Below, piece after piece: positions 34,140-36,382 of a stretch of DNA of 36,382 bases. The first letter of the stretch is position 1, and the number at the start of each line of letters is the position of its first letter. Where the stretch lies: positions 1 to 36,382 of the IMG/VR virus record IMGVR_UViG_3300043391_000280. One strand, 5' to 3'. Source of the DNA: a virus (lineage: Duplodnaviria > Caudoviricetes). The notes beneath the pieces are model-generated. The model was given only the letters and a program-made list of their open reading frames with translations. It was not told where the DNA came from and searched no databases. A program made the position numbers and the translations under genes.

Positions 34140-34487
34140 TTAACTGAAAGCGTCCAGCCGTGATCTTTGGCGCGGCCATGCCTGGCGCTCGGCTTCGGCG
34201 CGCTCCTTGTCGGCGCGTAGGCTTTGCGAAACGTAACCCGATGGCCTGCCGATCTTGAGCTCTTGCGCCTCGGTCACGTAGGACTCAACGTCATCGCGCT
34301 TGCGGTAGGCGTTATAGCAATCGCACAGATCATACACGTAGGGCCGGTCTGTGCGGGTGAATGTCATCACCTCGCCGGTTTCTTTGCCGTCAGCACCGCG
34401 TGGACGGATCGTCACCGTTTCACCTGGCATTGCATCGCCACGGCTGCTTGCTGATGGCGGGCCATCACGGCGCAAGGGGTTTGTCAT
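34140..34487 (-). CDS. hypothetical protein, 115 aa
   Basis: TGATG-coupled to the replication gene. Confidence 0.65.
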   Translation of the reverse strand: MTNPLRRDGPPSASSRGDAMPGETVTIRPRGADGKETGEVMTFTRTDRPYVYDLCDCYNAYRKRDDVESYVTEAQELKIGRPSGYVSQSLRADKERAEAERQAWPRQRSRLDAFS

Positions 34488-35236
34488 CAGTCATAATTCC
34501 CTTCAATAATCTTTTGAAAATTGGCGCGCTTGAACACCCAATCAAATGTGCAGCCGTTCCAGCCACTATCGCCCCGCAAAAATGCGGACCTCTCAATCTT
34601 TCCAAAAACGTCTTGGAAGTCCGCAAGGCTGTATTGCGATATGCGGTTTCTCAGCAGGTCGCGGCGTGATGGCGTTAACGCTCGAACGGTAGGCTTACCC
34701 AGCCGTGGTGCGCTCTCGTTCCATATCTCAACAATGTGCTCAGGCTTGAGTGCATCGCCAGATGCACAAATAACTTCTTCTTCTGTCTCTGTCTCTGTCT
34801 CTGTCTCTGTCTCTGTCTCTGGTGCGTTACCGTGACGTTTCTGTAACGTTACATCGCCGTTTCCTCTGTCGGCCGTAACGTCAATGTCAGCATTACCCGC
34901 CCGTTTCCGCTCACGATGTGCAGCAACACGTGTTGCGGATCGGTCTGATTGAAACTGCCGAACGCCCCACTTGACCACACAACCGGAATCCAGACGCCCC
35001 AACTCTTCAAAGGCATGTAGGACAGCTCGTATGTCATCCTCATCCGCTCGAAGAAAGTAAGCAATTTCGGCTGTGTCCACATCGTATCGTCCTGCATTGT
35101 CAATCTCCGCTGCGCTCTCAAGAATCGCGCCCCAGACCCATAGGACGCGCTCAATTGTCTGTTTGCTTTTAATGGATACGCGAACGAGCTTGTCGTCTCG
35201 CATCATGCCAGCGTAATGCCTAAACCAACGGCTCAC
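34487..35236 (-). CDS. phage replication initiator (lambda O-like architecture)
   Basis: WFRHYAGMMRDDKL N-terminus, RVAAHRERK, ET-repeat linker, FDWVFKRANFQKIIEGNY C-terminus. Confidence 0.8.
   Translation of the reverse strand: MSRWFRHYAGMMRDDKLVRVSIKSKQTIERVLWVWGAILESAAEIDNAGRYDVDTAEIAYFLRADEDDIRAVLHAFEELGRLDSGCVVKWGVRQFQSDRSATRVAAHRERKRAGNADIDVTADRGNGDVTLQKRHGNAPETETETETETETEEEVICASGDALKPEHIVEIWNESAPRLGKPTVRALTPSRRDLLRNRISQYSLADFQDVFGKIERSAFLRGDSGWNGCTFDWVFKRANFQKIIEGNYD
34782..34896. repeat. (TCTGTC)x6.7 repeat plus GTAACG/CGTTAC iteron-like motifs; probable replication origin
   Basis: Repeat 34782-34821; CGTTAC 34825, TGTAACGTTACA palindrome 34842-34853, GTAACG 34875. Confidence 0.6.
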
Positions 35237-35283
35237 GCGCGTTTAGCCTTGCGGCAATCAGCGATAGCAGGTATAAAGCGCAT

Positions 35284-35389
35284 GTTCGGTTGCCCCTCTC
35301 TTTAGGCACGTAAGTAGCCAAGATCGCGCGACTGCCCTGAAGCGCGATTGGCTAGCCGACCTTATACTGCAATTGTTAATTGCCGGCAA
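35284..35389 (-). promoter_or_regulatory. promoter, operator-like palindrome and leader hairpins upstream of replication gene
   Basis: TTGCCG-N17-TATAAG; GCAATT-N3-AATTGC in spacer; hairpin 35315-35354. Confidence 0.6.
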
Positions 35390-35392
35390 GGC

Positions 35393-35740
35393 TTACACCC
35401 AGCCCCACTTAACCAGCGTCTCGTCAATGTCCTCAATCGACCGACACACCGCAACAAGCTGCCCGCGCTCCGTCAACCACCGCTCGCATTCTTTTTGCGA
35501 TGCGGTCTGGTAGTTGCCCTCGCACTTGACCTCGATATGGCCGATGCGTCCGGCGTTGCCGTACACGATCAAATCGGGAAAGCCTGGAGTAAGCCCTTGG
35601 CGCTTGAGGCTTGCCATCTGTATTGCGCGCGTTTTGCCATCACCTGCCAGCACAGCGCCATTGGGCACAGCAACCGTGCTGTAGCCCTTGACGGCCAGAT
35701 AGCGGCGCATGGCCTCTTGCAGGGCGGTTTCGGGCCTCAT
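35393..35740 (-). CDS. VRR-NUC domain nuclease (Holliday junction resolvase-like)
   Basis: ETALQ...AVPNG...GLTPGFPDL...IEVK...SQKE. Confidence 0.9.
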   Translation of the reverse strand: MRPETALQEAMRRYLAVKGYSTVAVPNGAVLAGDGKTRAIQMASLKRQGLTPGFPDLIVYGNAGRIGHIEVKCEGNYQTASQKECERWLTERGQLVAVCRSIEDIDETLVKWGWV

Positions 35741-36354
35741 GCGCCCTCCACAAACCGCGCCACAAGCGCGCGCATCTCGGCATCAGCCGCAATCTCAAAA
35801 CGCTGACACAAGCTGCGCACGGTGGTGTGATCGCGCCCGCCAAACCGACGCGCGACGTCGGCCATGCTGTTGCCGCGCAGAACCAAAATGGTCTGCGCAA
35901 CCATGCGCGGAACCATGTATTTACGCAGGCGGCACTTGCCTGTCAGATCGTCCTCTGTGACGCCGTAAAGTCTTGCCACCGCCGCAATGATATCCGCAGC
36001 GGTCAATGCTTTTGTTTTGCACGGTGGGGGCAGTGCTGGCGCTGTGGCAGCTGCTTCCAACGCTGCCTTCTGTGCCGCGCGTCTTTCGCGTCTAAGTGAC
36101 CGCTCAGATCGGGGGCGGATGGGCGATGCTTCCGCAATCGCCGCCGCTTCCTCGCGTTCAAACCGCGCTTTAACGTCCGTAATCTCGGCGCGAAACGACG
36201 CGCGGATTCGATCAACTGTCGCGCGGTCAATGCCGTGATGCGGCCCATATTCGCGGCGCAACTGTGCCAGCACAAACCCGGTGTCACTATGGCGCTTGGC
36301 GAGCGTGGCGACGTATGTGCGCGGATAGCCCAGCGGGTGATTATTAAAATTCAT
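35737..36354 (-). CDS. protein with DnaA domain IV-like HTH
   Basis: IIAAVARLYGVTEDDLTGKCR...PRMVA...SMADVARRFGGRDHTTV. Confidence 0.85.
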   Translation of the reverse strand: MNFNNHPLGYPRTYVATLAKRHSDTGFVLAQLRREYGPHHGIDRATVDRIRASFRAEITDVKARFEREEAAAIAEASPIRPRSERSLRRERRAAQKAALEAAATAPALPPPCKTKALTAADIIAAVARLYGVTEDDLTGKCRLRKYMVPRMVAQTILVLRGNSMADVARRFGGRDHTTVRSLCQRFEIAADAEMRALVARFVEGA

Positions 36355-36382
36355 GCCACCACCTTGCAGAATTGGCTTGTGC
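36257..36382. repeat. 126-bp terminal direct repeat, right copy
   Basis: Identical to 18-143. Confidence 0.95.

Noticed and set aside
33106-34179. 357-aa ORF spanning cassette 2
   Set aside because: Only the last 111 aa look protein-like; the rest overlaps two better genes and a promoter
36257-36382. 126-bp repeat as a biological terminal repeat or att site
   Set aside because: It falls inside coding sequence far from the terminase genes and has the size of an assembler overlap
1-36382. CRISPR arrays, tRNA or rRNA genes
   Set aside because: No spaced repeat array or cloverleaf seen by eye; intergenic gaps are short (tRNAscan not run)

Overview
The window is an apparently complete, circularly permuted genome of a P22-like podophage. 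Positions 18-143 repeat exactly at 36257-36382, giving about 36,239 unique bp. The host is probably alphaproteobacterial (GcrA-like and DnaA-domain-IV-like genes; inference). A long minus-strand operon runs cro-like, C5-methyltransferase, (across the junction) DnaA_C-like, VRR-NUC, replication initiator, ParB-MTase, terS, terL, portal, scaffold, coat, gp4/gp10-like tail, ejection proteins, tailspike, lysis (GH108, holin, Rz/Rz1), metallophosphoesterase and HNH. A short plus-strand early operon carries a RecT-like SSAP, SSB, DUF1367-like and TGT/DpdA-like genes. No integrase or CI-type repressor is recognisable. Main observations: (1) two unrelated genes share a candidate +1 ribosomal frameshift signal, GGAGGT - hairpin - 6/7 nt - UUU_CGN, one completing a TGT/DpdA-like enzyme and one adding an M15-like peptidase domain to an ejection protein; (2) a 1046-bp transposase-less IS1595(ISNwi1)-type cassette with 28-bp TIRs and an 8-bp TSD carries a PAPS-reductase-family gene into the head operon; (3) the C5-MTase has motif IX in an overlapping frame; (4) a ~660-bp doubly truncated bacterial-looking fragment ends the early operon; (5) two promoter/operator-ORF-HTH moron cassettes. 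All family assignments come from motif recognition by eye, not database searches.
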